Origin: a virus
Reading direction: 5' to 3' (one strand)
DNA length: 27,243 nt
Virus record (IMG/VR): IMGVR_UViG_3300028831_000232
Location: 1-27,243 of that record
The translations under genes and the position numbers were made by a program. Numbering within the stretch: position 1 is the stretch's first letter; each line of letters begins with the position of its first letter. Below the pieces are notes generated by a model. That model was not told the origin of the DNA. It saw only the letters and a program-made list of their open reading frames with translations, and made no database searches. Below are positions 8,363 to 16,873 of this stretch, piece by piece.

Positions 8363-8673
8363 CAGCTCGTCACCCTCGTCATCCAGTGCAGGACGTTCGT
8401 GTCATCGAGCGCCGGCAACGAGTTGAGTGATTGGCTGGGCAAGGCCCAGGTCCCGAGCCAGATCGGGTGATCGAGATCGCCGCCCTCGAAGGCCACCCAC
8501 ACCGGGTCCCCGATGTCCAGCGGTGTGATGCCGGCGAGGTTCGGTGATACCGGCCAGGCCCACTCGGTCTGGATGGCGCCGAGCACCTGGGGAACCTGCA
8601 CCTTGAGCCGGCCGAGGCCCTCGGGGTCGGCCGTGTTGGTGACCACTCCTCGGTAGATGCCCTGGAAGTCCAT
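8362..8673 (-). CDS. Baseplate spike OB-fold protein (gp5/gpV N-terminal domain only)
   Basis: 103 aa. GIYRGVV...DPEGLGRLKVQVPQV...WAWP...P.IGDPVWVAFEGGDLDHPIWLG is the gp5/VgrG OB-fold signature. Confidence 0.88.
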   Translation of the reverse strand: MDFQGIYRGVVTNTADPEGLGRLKVQVPQVLGAIQTEWAWPVSPNLAGITPLDIGDPVWVAFEGGDLDHPIWLGTWALPSQSLNSLPALDDTNVLHWMTRVTS

Positions 8674-9815
8674 CAGGAGGCCCTCCTAGCCCAGCTGGAG
8701 CGCCACTGGCCGTTGACCAGCACGGCCGGCGGGGTGGCCCCCACAACGTCTCCTGCGGGCGTCTGGCGCAGACGGGGGGTGATGATGCCCGGCTGGGGGG
8801 CGGCGGCCAGAGCGCCCAGGGCGTCCCGGCGCAGATCGAGGTAGGTGATGTAGTCGCCCGTCCGCAGGTTGACATCGTGCTCGGCGCCCTGGATGTACCA
8901 GTGACCGTTCTGGGTGTTCTCCAGGCCGGCGAGGTAGGCCAGGGTGCCCGGTGCCAGGATCGTGTCGCCCAGGGCCTCGCCCCTGGCGGCGTAGGTGAAG
9001 CGCTCGGAGGAGGCCGTCCCGGCCAGCTTGGCCGCTGCGGTGCCAGGGGTGTCGGCCACCACCGGAGCCGGCGGGACCGTGGTCGTCGCCGGGATCTCGC
9101 TGCCCAGCCGGGCGAATACCGTGGGACCGTCGTCCTGCACGGCGAAGAGCCGGCCGCCCCGCTGATCGAGGCCGTACACCGTCCGCTGGGCTGACAGACC
9201 GCTATCCTCATCGTCGTTCTGCAGCCGGAACCTCGTCAGTTCACCGCCCATGTTCAGCGTCGGAGCGGTGGGATAGGCCATGGTGAAGAGCTTGGTCAGG
9301 GACCAGAACCGGACCTCGGTGCCGAGCGGACACAACCGGTAGCCGATCTTGTCGGCCAGGTTCTTGAGGAAGGCCCAGGCCGTGATGTTGGTCGCCGTCA
9401 GCACCGGCCAGACCTGGGAGTCCGGCTCGACATCGACCGACAGGTAGGCACTCTCCACGATGTCGCGCACCACGGCATCGGCCGTCTGGTTGGCCCAGCT
9501 CTGCTGTAGGGGTGCGCTGAGCGTAGAGCTGGCGCCGAGGCATACCAGCTTGACCGTGTTGTTTGTCAGCTTGTCGTAGTACGGCTCGGTGTGGTGGACG
9601 TAGCCGTAGTAGGTCCGGGTGTTGCCGGGGAAGTGCCCCCACCGCAGCCGGACGGGTAGCCCTTCTTCCCGCCCGTTGTAGGGCAGGTAGCGCACGTCGG
9701 CCACGATGGTCGCCAGCTCGTGAGCGGTGTCGGCCTGCTTCACCAGGACCGACAAAGGGCGCACCGCCTGCGGGCCGACCAGCAGGTCGATGAAGGGGAC
9801 GTTAACGAACGGCAC
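8673..9815 (-). CDS. Baseplate hub protein (gp27 / late control D-like)
   Basis: Start reassigned to GTG 9815 (380 aa), because the track ORF overlaps the LysM gene. AWAFLKNLADKIGY and ARGEALGDTILAPG...NGHWYIQGAEH motifs; position between LysM and spike. Confidence 0.8.
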   Translation of the reverse strand: MPFVNVPFIDLLVGPQAVRPLSVLVKQADTAHELATIVADVRYLPYNGREEGLPVRLRWGHFPGNTRTYYGYVHHTEPYYDKLTNNTVKLVCLGASSTLSAPLQQSWANQTADAVVRDIVESAYLSVDVEPDSQVWPVLTATNITAWAFLKNLADKIGYRLCPLGTEVRFWSLTKLFTMAYPTAPTLNMGGELTRFRLQNDDEDSGLSAQRTVYGLDQRGGRLFAVQDDGPTVFARLGSEIPATTTVPPAPVVADTPGTAAAKLAGTASSERFTYAARGEALGDTILAPGTLAYLAGLENTQNGHWYIQGAEHDVNLRTGDYITYLDLRRDALGALAAAPQPGIITPRLRQTPAGDVVGATPPAVLVNGQWRSSWARRAS

Positions 9816-10092
9816 TGGCGTTGGGAATCCGAATACCGGTACCGGGCGGGAAGTCGTCGGGATAGAACACCTCGGGGTTGGCGCGAGCGATGATCCACCA
9901 CAAGGTGGAATCGCCGTACGCCGACGCCGCAATGTGCTCCAGCCGCTCGCCTCCCACCATGAGGTGAGTGACGTACTCCATGGGCTGGACGAACACCTGC
10001 CGGCTGGCATAGAGCGCCACCGCCGATGAACCATCAGCGCGCTTGATCCGCACTGATGTCGCTGTCTCATAGCGTGAACCACGAACGATCAT
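9802..10092 (-). CDS. LysM / P2 gpX-like baseplate protein
   Basis: 96 aa. GERLEHIAASAYGDSTLWWIIARANP...PGTGIRIP. Confidence 0.88.
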   Translation of the reverse strand: MIVRGSRYETATSVRIKRADGSSAVALYASRQVFVQPMEYVTHLMVGGERLEHIAASAYGDSTLWWIIARANPEVFYPDDFPPGTGIRIPNASAVR

Positions 10093-10104
10093 GGGCAGTC
10101 TCTT

Positions 10105-11247
10105 TTACTGAGGTTTGTTCATGGCACTGAGCACATCGATGGACGATGGTGGCCCACCGGTCGGAGAGGACATCTGCGATGGCCCCTTTGTCGTAGTGGA
10201 CGACGAGGATGATGTGACTGGCTTAGCCAGCGGGTCGTCCTTGCCCAGGAACTGGTCTGCGCCCATCCGCAGCCCCTTCACGTCGATGATGCAGCGGAAG
10301 GGCACCATGGCCGAGTTGAAGTGCGTGTACTGCACGTCGAAGTTGGTGAGGTAGGCGTTCCAGGTCATGTCGAGCGGGTCACCGAACTGGATCTTCACCC
10401 GGTTGGGCAGCATGTAGGGAAATGCCGGCGTAATGCCGACAAGCCACTCGAAGCACTGGACATCGAGGAGCACGCCCAACTTGCTGCCACCGATGACCTC
10501 GTAGGTCCGGTCGAAGTAGAGCTGGAACGAGATCGAAGTGGACGTGCCTTGCGGCAGACCGACCTTCATCTGGGACAAATCCTGCTGCAGCGGATCCTTG
10601 ATGGCGGTGTCAACGCTGTAGCCGAACGAGATCGTCTGGGGGTTGTAGAGAAATTTCACCACATAGCCCACGGCCGGGTCAGTCTGGCCGATTATCTGTC
10701 CCTTGGTGGCCGAGGAGCGGTATGGCCCGCTGGCGTAGTTGGACCGCGGGTCAAATGGCTGCTGTACCGGACCCTTGCCCTTGGAATCGAACAGCGTGGT
10801 GACGGTCCACGCCCCGGAACCGTTGTTGATCGCGTCGATGGCCGTGGCTACCTGGGGGCCGAATATGCCGCTGGTGGCTGCCGTCTGCTGGCCGGTTAGG
10901 TACTTCCGGTAGGACCCGTCGTTGTAGGTGGCCCACGGTGTCCAGTCCACGCCGTGACCAGAGATCTGAAAGGCCGCTGCAGCGTTGTAATCGGGATCGG
11001 TCAGCAACCGATTGAAGTCGTTGAACTCGGGGTGCCACTTGTCGTTGATCTGCCACAGCCCACGGTCGATGCTGCCGTCGCCGTTCTTGTGCCAGTTGTT
11101 GACGATCCAGCTGCTCTCGGCCTTGGAAATGGCAACGGCGATGTCGATGTTCGAACCCTGCCAGTACTGGGCGGCGAGGTTGTACATCTCTGCCTGGCCC
11201 ATCGGCTTGTTGAGCGGCGGCCCCGTTGGGTTGCTGACGGCCATCAT
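10105..11247 (-). CDS. Lysozyme/transglycosylase-like domain fused to tube-initiator (CIS tube N-terminal-like) domain
   Basis: 380 aa (start 11247 or 11244). N-terminal AVAISKAESS...DRGLWQIN...DPDYNA...WTPWATY; C-terminal FLYNPQTIS...SISFQLYFDRTYE...YTHFNSAMVPFR. Confidence 0.8.
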   Translation of the reverse strand: MMAVSNPTGPPLNKPMGQAEMYNLAAQYWQGSNIDIAVAISKAESSWIVNNWHKNGDGSIDRGLWQINDKWHPEFNDFNRLLTDPDYNAAAAFQISGHGVDWTPWATYNDGSYRKYLTGQQTAATSGIFGPQVATAIDAINNGSGAWTVTTLFDSKGKGPVQQPFDPRSNYASGPYRSSATKGQIIGQTDPAVGYVVKFLYNPQTISFGYSVDTAIKDPLQQDLSQMKVGLPQGTSTSISFQLYFDRTYEVIGGSKLGVLLDVQCFEWLVGITPAFPYMLPNRVKIQFGDPLDMTWNAYLTNFDVQYTHFNSAMVPFRCIIDVKGLRMGADQFLGKDDPLAKPVTSSSSSTTTKGPSQMSSPTGGPPSSIDVLSAMNKPQ

Positions 11248-13724
11248 TTCCTCGCTAGGGCTTCGAGCTTGTCTCGATCACTGAAGATCTCCATGAGGTA
11301 CCGGGCGGCGCGCTCGGCCTCGTCGGGCGTTCCCTTGGCAATTTCCACCTTGAGCGTGAGGTTCTGGATGGAGACGCTCGTGCCACCCCCGCCCCGTCCG
11401 GCCCCGGTACCGAATGCTGAAGCCACCGGGTCACCCACATCGCTGTGGGCATTGCCGCCGGGGCCGGTGCTGGTCTTCAGAATCGTGGCTATCCAGTCGG
11501 CCTCGTTCTGGCTGGCGACATGCACCTTGCCCTTGGGCACAGCTGCCGGGCGGGCCTGGGCAGCCGGCGTCGAAGCCGCCGCCTTCTGGGCCGGCTTGGC
11601 CGACGGTGCCGACGGCGGCGGCTTGTAGCTGGAAGCGCCGGCCCCGGACAATTCCCAGTGCCACGGCTCACCGCCCACTGTCGCCTTGAGGCCGTACTTG
11701 CCGGCGTTATCGGCCAGCCACTTGTACTCGCTCGATGGCCCGATGTCGGCGGCATTTCCCGTCTCGTGGCGGCTCTGGCCGACGGCCGCTACTGGTTCGG
11801 GTTTGAGGCCGACGAGGTGCTTCCACCGCAGGTACGCCTGCTCCTGAGATGAGCGCCAACCCGAGGTCACCGAGAGCTTGGGGTTCTCCGCGAACATGGC
11901 CTTGAGCGCCTCGGTGAACGACGGGTTCAGGTTGGCCGAGTTGCCGGGACCGGGGAGTGGACCGCCGCCCGGCGTCGTTGCCGGCGGTGGCGGGTTCGCC
12001 AGCAACTCCTGATCTGTCTGGGCGTCACCGACACCATGCTGGAAGATGGCGTGCTGACCGGACCATGCCCTGGTAACCGGGTCACCAACAGCGCCGATTG
12101 CTCGAAGACCAAGATGTCCGAGGCCAGCAACACCGCCAATGGCAAGACCACCGAGCACTGATAGCCCAGCTGTGGGTCCGGCCGTAGCGAGGCCCGCAGC
12201 TAGTCCAGCGCCGAGGTACTTCGTCATCGTTCCGCCGGCCCGAGCGGCGGCATTCTTCTTGCCGTCTTTTGCGCCGATGTTCGAGATGGCACCCCCGGCG
12301 ATCTGCCCGCCGGCTATGGCGGCCAATGGCGGAATAAAACCAGCGAGGCCCAAGCCGGCTCCTTCTTCTGCCGCCCCCGCCCCTCCCCCCAGTTTGCCTG
12401 CTATCCCGCTCAGCCCCCCTGCGTTACTCCAGGCCATTTTGGCCGCCGTCGCCGCAGCGGCCAGACCCAGTACCACAATCGCTTTACCTGTCGTACCGAG
12501 GTCCGATGTCATGGAGGAGAAAGCGTTGAGCACCGGGGAGATGATGTTTGCCAGCCCGGTAAAAAGCGGCAGCAGTGACGTACTCAGCGAGTCGGTCAGC
12601 TTCGCCATGGACTCGTGGAACTTCCGCATGCTCTCCGAGGCGTTGCTGATGTTCTTGTCCACTGCCTTGCCGAACTGCTCGGGGTTCAACGCTTTGCCGG
12701 CCTGAGCGCGGATGGCCCCGAAGGCCATGAAGGCGTCGATGGTTTCGTCGCTCAGACCGAGGCCCTTCAGGCCCTCGCGGGTCATGGTGCCCTCGGCCTG
12801 ACCGGTCTGGAACATCTTCAGCGCAGTCTTCTTGTCGGTGGTGCCGCGGGTCATCCGTTGGTACAGCGACTCGAAGATGTCCGAAGGAGCGCGAGCCACA
12901 CCGCCCGGCGACACTTGCACGTTCGCCATTCGCAGCTGGTTGGCCGAAGCCTGCAGGTTCGAGATGATGCCAGCACCGCCCGCGAAATTCGTGCCCGACA
13001 GCCGGCCCAGCTGTCCGGCCTGCTGGGCCTGGAGGTAGGATGCCTGGTCAGTGCCCCGAATGACGCCGGCCCGGCCGAGAATGGCCCCGCCCTGGTAGAG
13101 ATCCTCCCGGCTCCAGTAGCCCCCAGCCTTCCGCAGCATGCCGCCGTAGGGACCGGCCGTACCCCCACCGCCAGGACCGATGCCCTGGAACGGCTGACCG
13201 GGCTGCTGATTCATCAGCGCCAGCCGGTTGGTGACGCCCCCCGCCTGCATCGTGCCGGACATGGCGTTCGACGCCATTTGGAACAGCCGCCGATAGATCT
13301 CGAACTCGACGCCACCCCGCACGATGTTGGCTGTCGTAGAACCCGGCGCGCCTGCGCCTCCACCAGGACCGCCGGCCGGCGTCATGGACGGCTGGAACCC
13401 CGGTACGCGAGGTTGCAGTCGCGGTTGAACACCAAAACGACTCGGAGGACCGCCCACGTTCGGATCTACCGTCATGTGGGGTTGGAATCCGGTGACCCGA
13501 GCGGTGCCGGTGGCCGCACCCGGAGCGGCGTTCTTGTAGCGCACCGCCTCGTCGGCCAAGCCCTTCATCTCGGCCTTCAGCGCCCGAACGGCGCCAGTGA
13601 TCCGGTTAATGGCGTTGCCAGCATTGGGGTCAACGCTGATGATCGGCTTGACGATGCGACCGACCGCACCCCGTACGCCGCCTCGATCCCGAGGCGTAGC
13701 CGAACCGAGCGGCGGCTCAGGCAT
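11244..13724 (-). CDS. Tape measure protein with M15 (D-Ala-D-Ala peptidase/VanY-like) domain
   Basis: 826 aa, Gly/Ala-rich, with hydrophobic segments; follows the chaperones. SGWRS..EQ, SRHETGNAAD (SxHxxGxAxD) and EPWH are Zn-peptidase M15 motifs (~11650-11950). Confidence 0.85.
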   Translation of the reverse strand: MPEPPLGSATPRDRGGVRGAVGRIVKPIISVDPNAGNAINRITGAVRALKAEMKGLADEAVRYKNAAPGAATGTARVTGFQPHMTVDPNVGGPPSRFGVQPRLQPRVPGFQPSMTPAGGPGGGAGAPGSTTANIVRGGVEFEIYRRLFQMASNAMSGTMQAGGVTNRLALMNQQPGQPFQGIGPGGGGTAGPYGGMLRKAGGYWSREDLYQGGAILGRAGVIRGTDQASYLQAQQAGQLGRLSGTNFAGGAGIISNLQASANQLRMANVQVSPGGVARAPSDIFESLYQRMTRGTTDKKTALKMFQTGQAEGTMTREGLKGLGLSDETIDAFMAFGAIRAQAGKALNPEQFGKAVDKNISNASESMRKFHESMAKLTDSLSTSLLPLFTGLANIISPVLNAFSSMTSDLGTTGKAIVVLGLAAAATAAKMAWSNAGGLSGIAGKLGGGAGAAEEGAGLGLAGFIPPLAAIAGGQIAGGAISNIGAKDGKKNAAARAGGTMTKYLGAGLAAGLATAGPTAGLSVLGGLAIGGVAGLGHLGLRAIGAVGDPVTRAWSGQHAIFQHGVGDAQTDQELLANPPPPATTPGGGPLPGPGNSANLNPSFTEALKAMFAENPKLSVTSGWRSSQEQAYLRWKHLVGLKPEPVAAVGQSRHETGNAADIGPSSEYKWLADNAGKYGLKATVGGEPWHWELSGAGASSYKPPPSAPSAKPAQKAAASTPAAQARPAAVPKGKVHVASQNEADWIATILKTSTGPGGNAHSDVGDPVASAFGTGAGRGGGGTSVSIQNLTLKVEIAKGTPDEAERAARYLMEIFSDRDKLEALARK

Positions 13725-13726
13725 GG

Positions 13727-13891
13727 TTACCGGCTATGAGCTGTCGAACCACTCGCCCTCTTCTCGGCCAGCCGGCACCAGAACCGGCGCTCTCGGGGGG
13801 TCAGTGCTGCTGCCTCGGAGTGGGACCAGTTGAACGCCGACACGAGGAGTCCGTACTGCAGCTGCCGCAATCGGTAGTGGTTCTCAGCGAA
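13727..13891 (-). CDS. Tail assembly chaperone partner ORF (DUF6760 / gp51-like), possibly made by +1 frameshift
   Basis: FAENHYRLRQLQYGLLVSAFNWSHSEAAALTPRERRFWCRL resembles the F.W...L...ERR.W motif of small CIS/myovirus proteins between chaperone and tape measure. No ATG; only TTG 13870 without an obvious SD. Confidence 0.65.
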   Translation of the reverse strand, partial: FAENHYRLRQLQYGLLVSAFNWSHSEAAALTPRERRFWCRLAEKRASGSTAHSR

Positions 13892-14702
13892 AGAGATCGA
13901 GCAGATCAACCCGCATGGGGAACTCCTTCGCGCAGGCTGCACAGGTCAGCTCGATCTTGGAGTACTGCGGGCCGGGCTGGCGGCCGGTAATCTCCTCCAG
14001 CAGCATGCGGCGGTCCTTGATGCCGAGCCGGCGCACGCCCTCCAGGCCCAGCGGCTTGCCGTCGAGCGTCATCACGCACCGAGCCAGCAGCATGCTGGAC
14101 AGCTCGGCGTTGTTCTTGGTGGTGGCATTGGAGAGGATGGCCTCCTGGTCTGACCCCACGGCCAGGAGGCACTTCACCTCCGACCCGTCCCGCAGCTGCA
14201 TGACGAACTCCCGCTCGGTGGGGTCGTCCATCTTCTTGATCGGCACCTCGGTCTTCAGGTCATGCTTGACCGTCAGGCTTTCGCCGCAGGCCGGGCAGGC
14301 CACCTCCATCTCCAGCATGTTGTCGTAGGTCATGCACCGGATCGCCAGCAGCAGCATGTCCCGGTCACCGAGCAGCAGCGAGCCGAGCTTGGTGTTGTCG
14401 GGATTCTCGTAGGGACCGATCCGGGTCACGCCCCGCTGGAGCAGGAGCTGGGTGAACCGGCCCATGTTCTTGATGACCTCGGGCTTGGCGAGCATCTCCT
14501 CGTCGGCCCCGTTCAGCTCCCGCACCGTGGCGTCGGTGTAGATGGTGCCGTCCAGGTCCCGGTAGCCCCCTGGGAGAGTCACAGAGCCGTCCGGCAGCGG
14601 TTCCGGCTCGGTGATGCCATCGGCCGCCGCAAAGGCCGCAGCGGCGATTGCAGCGGCCTTCTCAGGCTCCTCCAGAGCGCTGACGATTTGCAGGTTCTCC
14701 AT
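13884..14702 (-). CDS. Tail/baseplate hub assembly chaperone (T4 gp26-like)
   Basis: 272 aa. VRELNGADEE, LLLGDRDMLLLAIR, two CxxC motifs (CPAC, CAAC); located between tube and tape measure. Confidence 0.82.
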   Translation of the reverse strand: MENLQIVSALEEPEKAAAIAAAAFAAADGITEPEPLPDGSVTLPGGYRDLDGTIYTDATVRELNGADEEMLAKPEVIKNMGRFTQLLLQRGVTRIGPYENPDNTKLGSLLLGDRDMLLLAIRCMTYDNMLEMEVACPACGESLTVKHDLKTEVPIKKMDDPTEREFVMQLRDGSEVKCLLAVGSDQEAILSNATTKNNAELSSMLLARCVMTLDGKPLGLEGVRRLGIKDRRMLLEEITGRQPGPQYSKIELTCAACAKEFPMRVDLLDLFR

Positions 14703-14728
14703 ATGGTTCTCCGGTGGTGAGGAGTTAC

Positions 14729-15271
14729 TCAGGCGGCGGCCACGTTGGCCGAGAAGCCCTCGTACTCGATGGTCATCATCTGCATGAACAGGGCGTTGCC
14801 GCCGGCATCCACGTCCGAGAACTGCAGCGTGGTGGGCCAGCAGTTGAGCAGCTTGAAGCTCGCCAACACCGGGATGTCTCCGGTGGTGACGGGGTGGTCG
14901 AGGATGTCGAGCGTCATGTCGCAGCGGAAGGTCGGAGCGCCGGGATGGCTGCCGCTCTGGCCCGCCGGCCCCCGGCCGGGGTCACCGGAGATGACGGCGA
15001 AGATCTCCAGGTACCACTGCCACAGCTGGTTGCTGCCCACGGCCACGCCGCGCTGGCAGGTGATGGGCGGGAACTCGGACTGGCCCGGCATCTTCCTCGT
15101 GGTGGTGTTGTTCCCGCCCTCGCGGTAGTTGATGGCCGGCGTGTTGACCGACAGGCCGGACACCGACATGAAGCCCAGCTGCATGATGCCGGGGATGCCG
15201 GGCTTGTTGATGTTGAACTGAAACTTGAAGTTGCGGAGCGGGTCGGTCGCCAGGGTGGTGTAGGTCGCCAT
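14729..15271 (-). CDS. Tail tube protein (T4 gp19-like)
   Basis: 180 aa. DPLRNFKF...GFMSVSGL...YREGG...KMPG..EF.PIT.QRG...WPT.LQFSD. Confidence 0.93.
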   Translation of the reverse strand: MATYTTLATDPLRNFKFQFNINKPGIPGIMQLGFMSVSGLSVNTPAINYREGGNNTTTRKMPGQSEFPPITCQRGVAVGSNQLWQWYLEIFAVISGDPGRGPAGQSGSHPGAPTFRCDMTLDILDHPVTTGDIPVLASFKLLNCWPTTLQFSDVDAGGNALFMQMMTIEYEGFSANVAAA

Positions 15272-15280
15272 GTCGTCTCC

Positions 15281-16810
15281 TTACGCAGCCACGGTCACAG
15301 CGGCGCCGACTTCGCGCTGCGTCAGCTTGATCACCAGGAACTCGGCCGGGTACTGCAGGGCCACGCCGATCTCGATGTGGACTTCGCCGGCCGCAATCGA
15401 GCTGCCGGTGTTGTTCTCGTCGTTGCACTTCACGTAGAAGGCATCGCCCGGTGTATTGCCCCGCAGGCCGCCTGACGCCCAGAAGTCGAGCAGGAACCGC
15501 CCGATGACCGCCTGGAGCGTGTTCCAGAGCACCGAGTCGTTCGGCTCGAAGATGGCGAAGCGAGTGGACGTGACCAGCGAGCTGCGGATGTAGATCAGGG
15601 ACCGACGGATCGAGATGAACTTATCGGAGCCGTTGGGCTTGAGTGTGCGCCCACCCATGACCACCACGCCAGCCCCGACGATCTGCCGGATGGCGTTGAC
15701 GCCTGCGGCATTGAGCGTGCCGAGGTCGTTCTGCGTGAGCTGCAGTTCGGTGCTGATCGCCCCACCCAGACGCGTGCCCAACCCGGCCGGCGTCTTGTAC
15801 ACGCCCCGGCTGGTGTCGGTGGCGGCGTACTGTCCGAGCACCGCACCGCCGGGTGGGATGAGCCGGGTAGACCCGGTGCCGCCGGCCGGGTCGGCCACGT
15901 AGATCCAGGGGTAGTACAGAGCGCCGAAGCTCGTGGCCGTCAGGGTGGCAGCATAGGTCGCCATCTGAGACGCCGACTGCCCGACGGGAGGGTCGATGAC
16001 CACGAACATGTCGCCCCGCCCCGATGCGTAGGCTGTCGCCAAGTTCACGCTGGCCGCCGCCGACACGCCGGGGATGTTGAGGGACAGCGGCTGATCGATC
16101 TGGTCGAAAAGCAAGAGAGCGCCGCCTGGCGTGCCACTGCCGACCACGTCAGTGTCGGTGATGGCGGCGCCATCAGTACCGGTCGCCAGGGCTGTGGCCG
16201 TCTGCAGCGCTGGGCGGTCAGCCGGCGCTGCAGTCGGCGTCGGCGTCGCCAGGTTCGAGTCGAGGTCTGTGACCTTGATGTAGTTGGAGCCGGCCTGCTG
16301 GCTGTTGATGACGTTCTCGACGTAGCGGGCATCGGTGTCGTTCATCGACAGGTCGGTCCAGCGCTCCACGATGTAGGCATCGCTCGTCCCGCCCAGGCGA
16401 ACGACGAGGTTGAACCGGTCGGTGCCGGCATCGGTGATGTCGATGTACATCGTGTTGCCCCAGGCACCGGGGTTCGTGGCATCGACCCGCAGCGTCGGCA
16501 GCGGCGTACCGGCCCGGTCGTTCAGGGTCTTGGTGGCCGCCGCCGCACCGGAGCCGGCCACCCGGCAGACGTATGCCTCCCGGCCGCCGTTGCTGAAGTA
16601 CTGGAAGACGGCGTGGGGCAGCAGGTATCCACTGACGAATCCGCCGAAGAGCTGGAGGTACTGCGACCACGAATTGATGTAGGTGGGGACGACCGGCCCC
16701 CTGGGGTTGGACCCCAGGAACGCTGCAGCCGACAGGTTGGTGCCGGTGATGACAGCGGCCTGGTTGACCGTCTCCTCGTAATAGACGCCGGGGACTTTGT
16801 AGCTGGGCAT
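15281..16810 (-). CDS. Contractile tail sheath protein
   Basis: 509 aa. PGVYYEE, YFSNGG, NPGAWGN, ALYYPWI, RGVYKTPAG, FEPNDSVLW, AFYVKC...NN, PAEF. Confidence 0.96.
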   Translation of the reverse strand: MPSYKVPGVYYEETVNQAAVITGTNLSAAAFLGSNPRGPVVPTYINSWSQYLQLFGGFVSGYLLPHAVFQYFSNGGREAYVCRVAGSGAAAATKTLNDRAGTPLPTLRVDATNPGAWGNTMYIDITDAGTDRFNLVVRLGGTSDAYIVERWTDLSMNDTDARYVENVINSQQAGSNYIKVTDLDSNLATPTPTAAPADRPALQTATALATGTDGAAITDTDVVGSGTPGGALLLFDQIDQPLSLNIPGVSAAASVNLATAYASGRGDMFVVIDPPVGQSASQMATYAATLTATSFGALYYPWIYVADPAGGTGSTRLIPPGGAVLGQYAATDTSRGVYKTPAGLGTRLGGAISTELQLTQNDLGTLNAAGVNAIRQIVGAGVVVMGGRTLKPNGSDKFISIRRSLIYIRSSLVTSTRFAIFEPNDSVLWNTLQAVIGRFLLDFWASGGLRGNTPGDAFYVKCNDENNTGSSIAAGEVHIEIGVALQYPAEFLVIKLTQREVGAAVTVAA

Positions 16811-16873
16811 TGGCTCTCCTTGATCATGGGATTACAAGGGAGTCCGATTAGTGCCCCGAATGGTTTTCCGGTC

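Noticed and set aside
16811-16873. Shared late-promoter motif TGCCCCGA with the 18300-18324 gap
   Set aside because: Only 8 nt, in opposite orientations, and expected by chance in GC-rich DNA.
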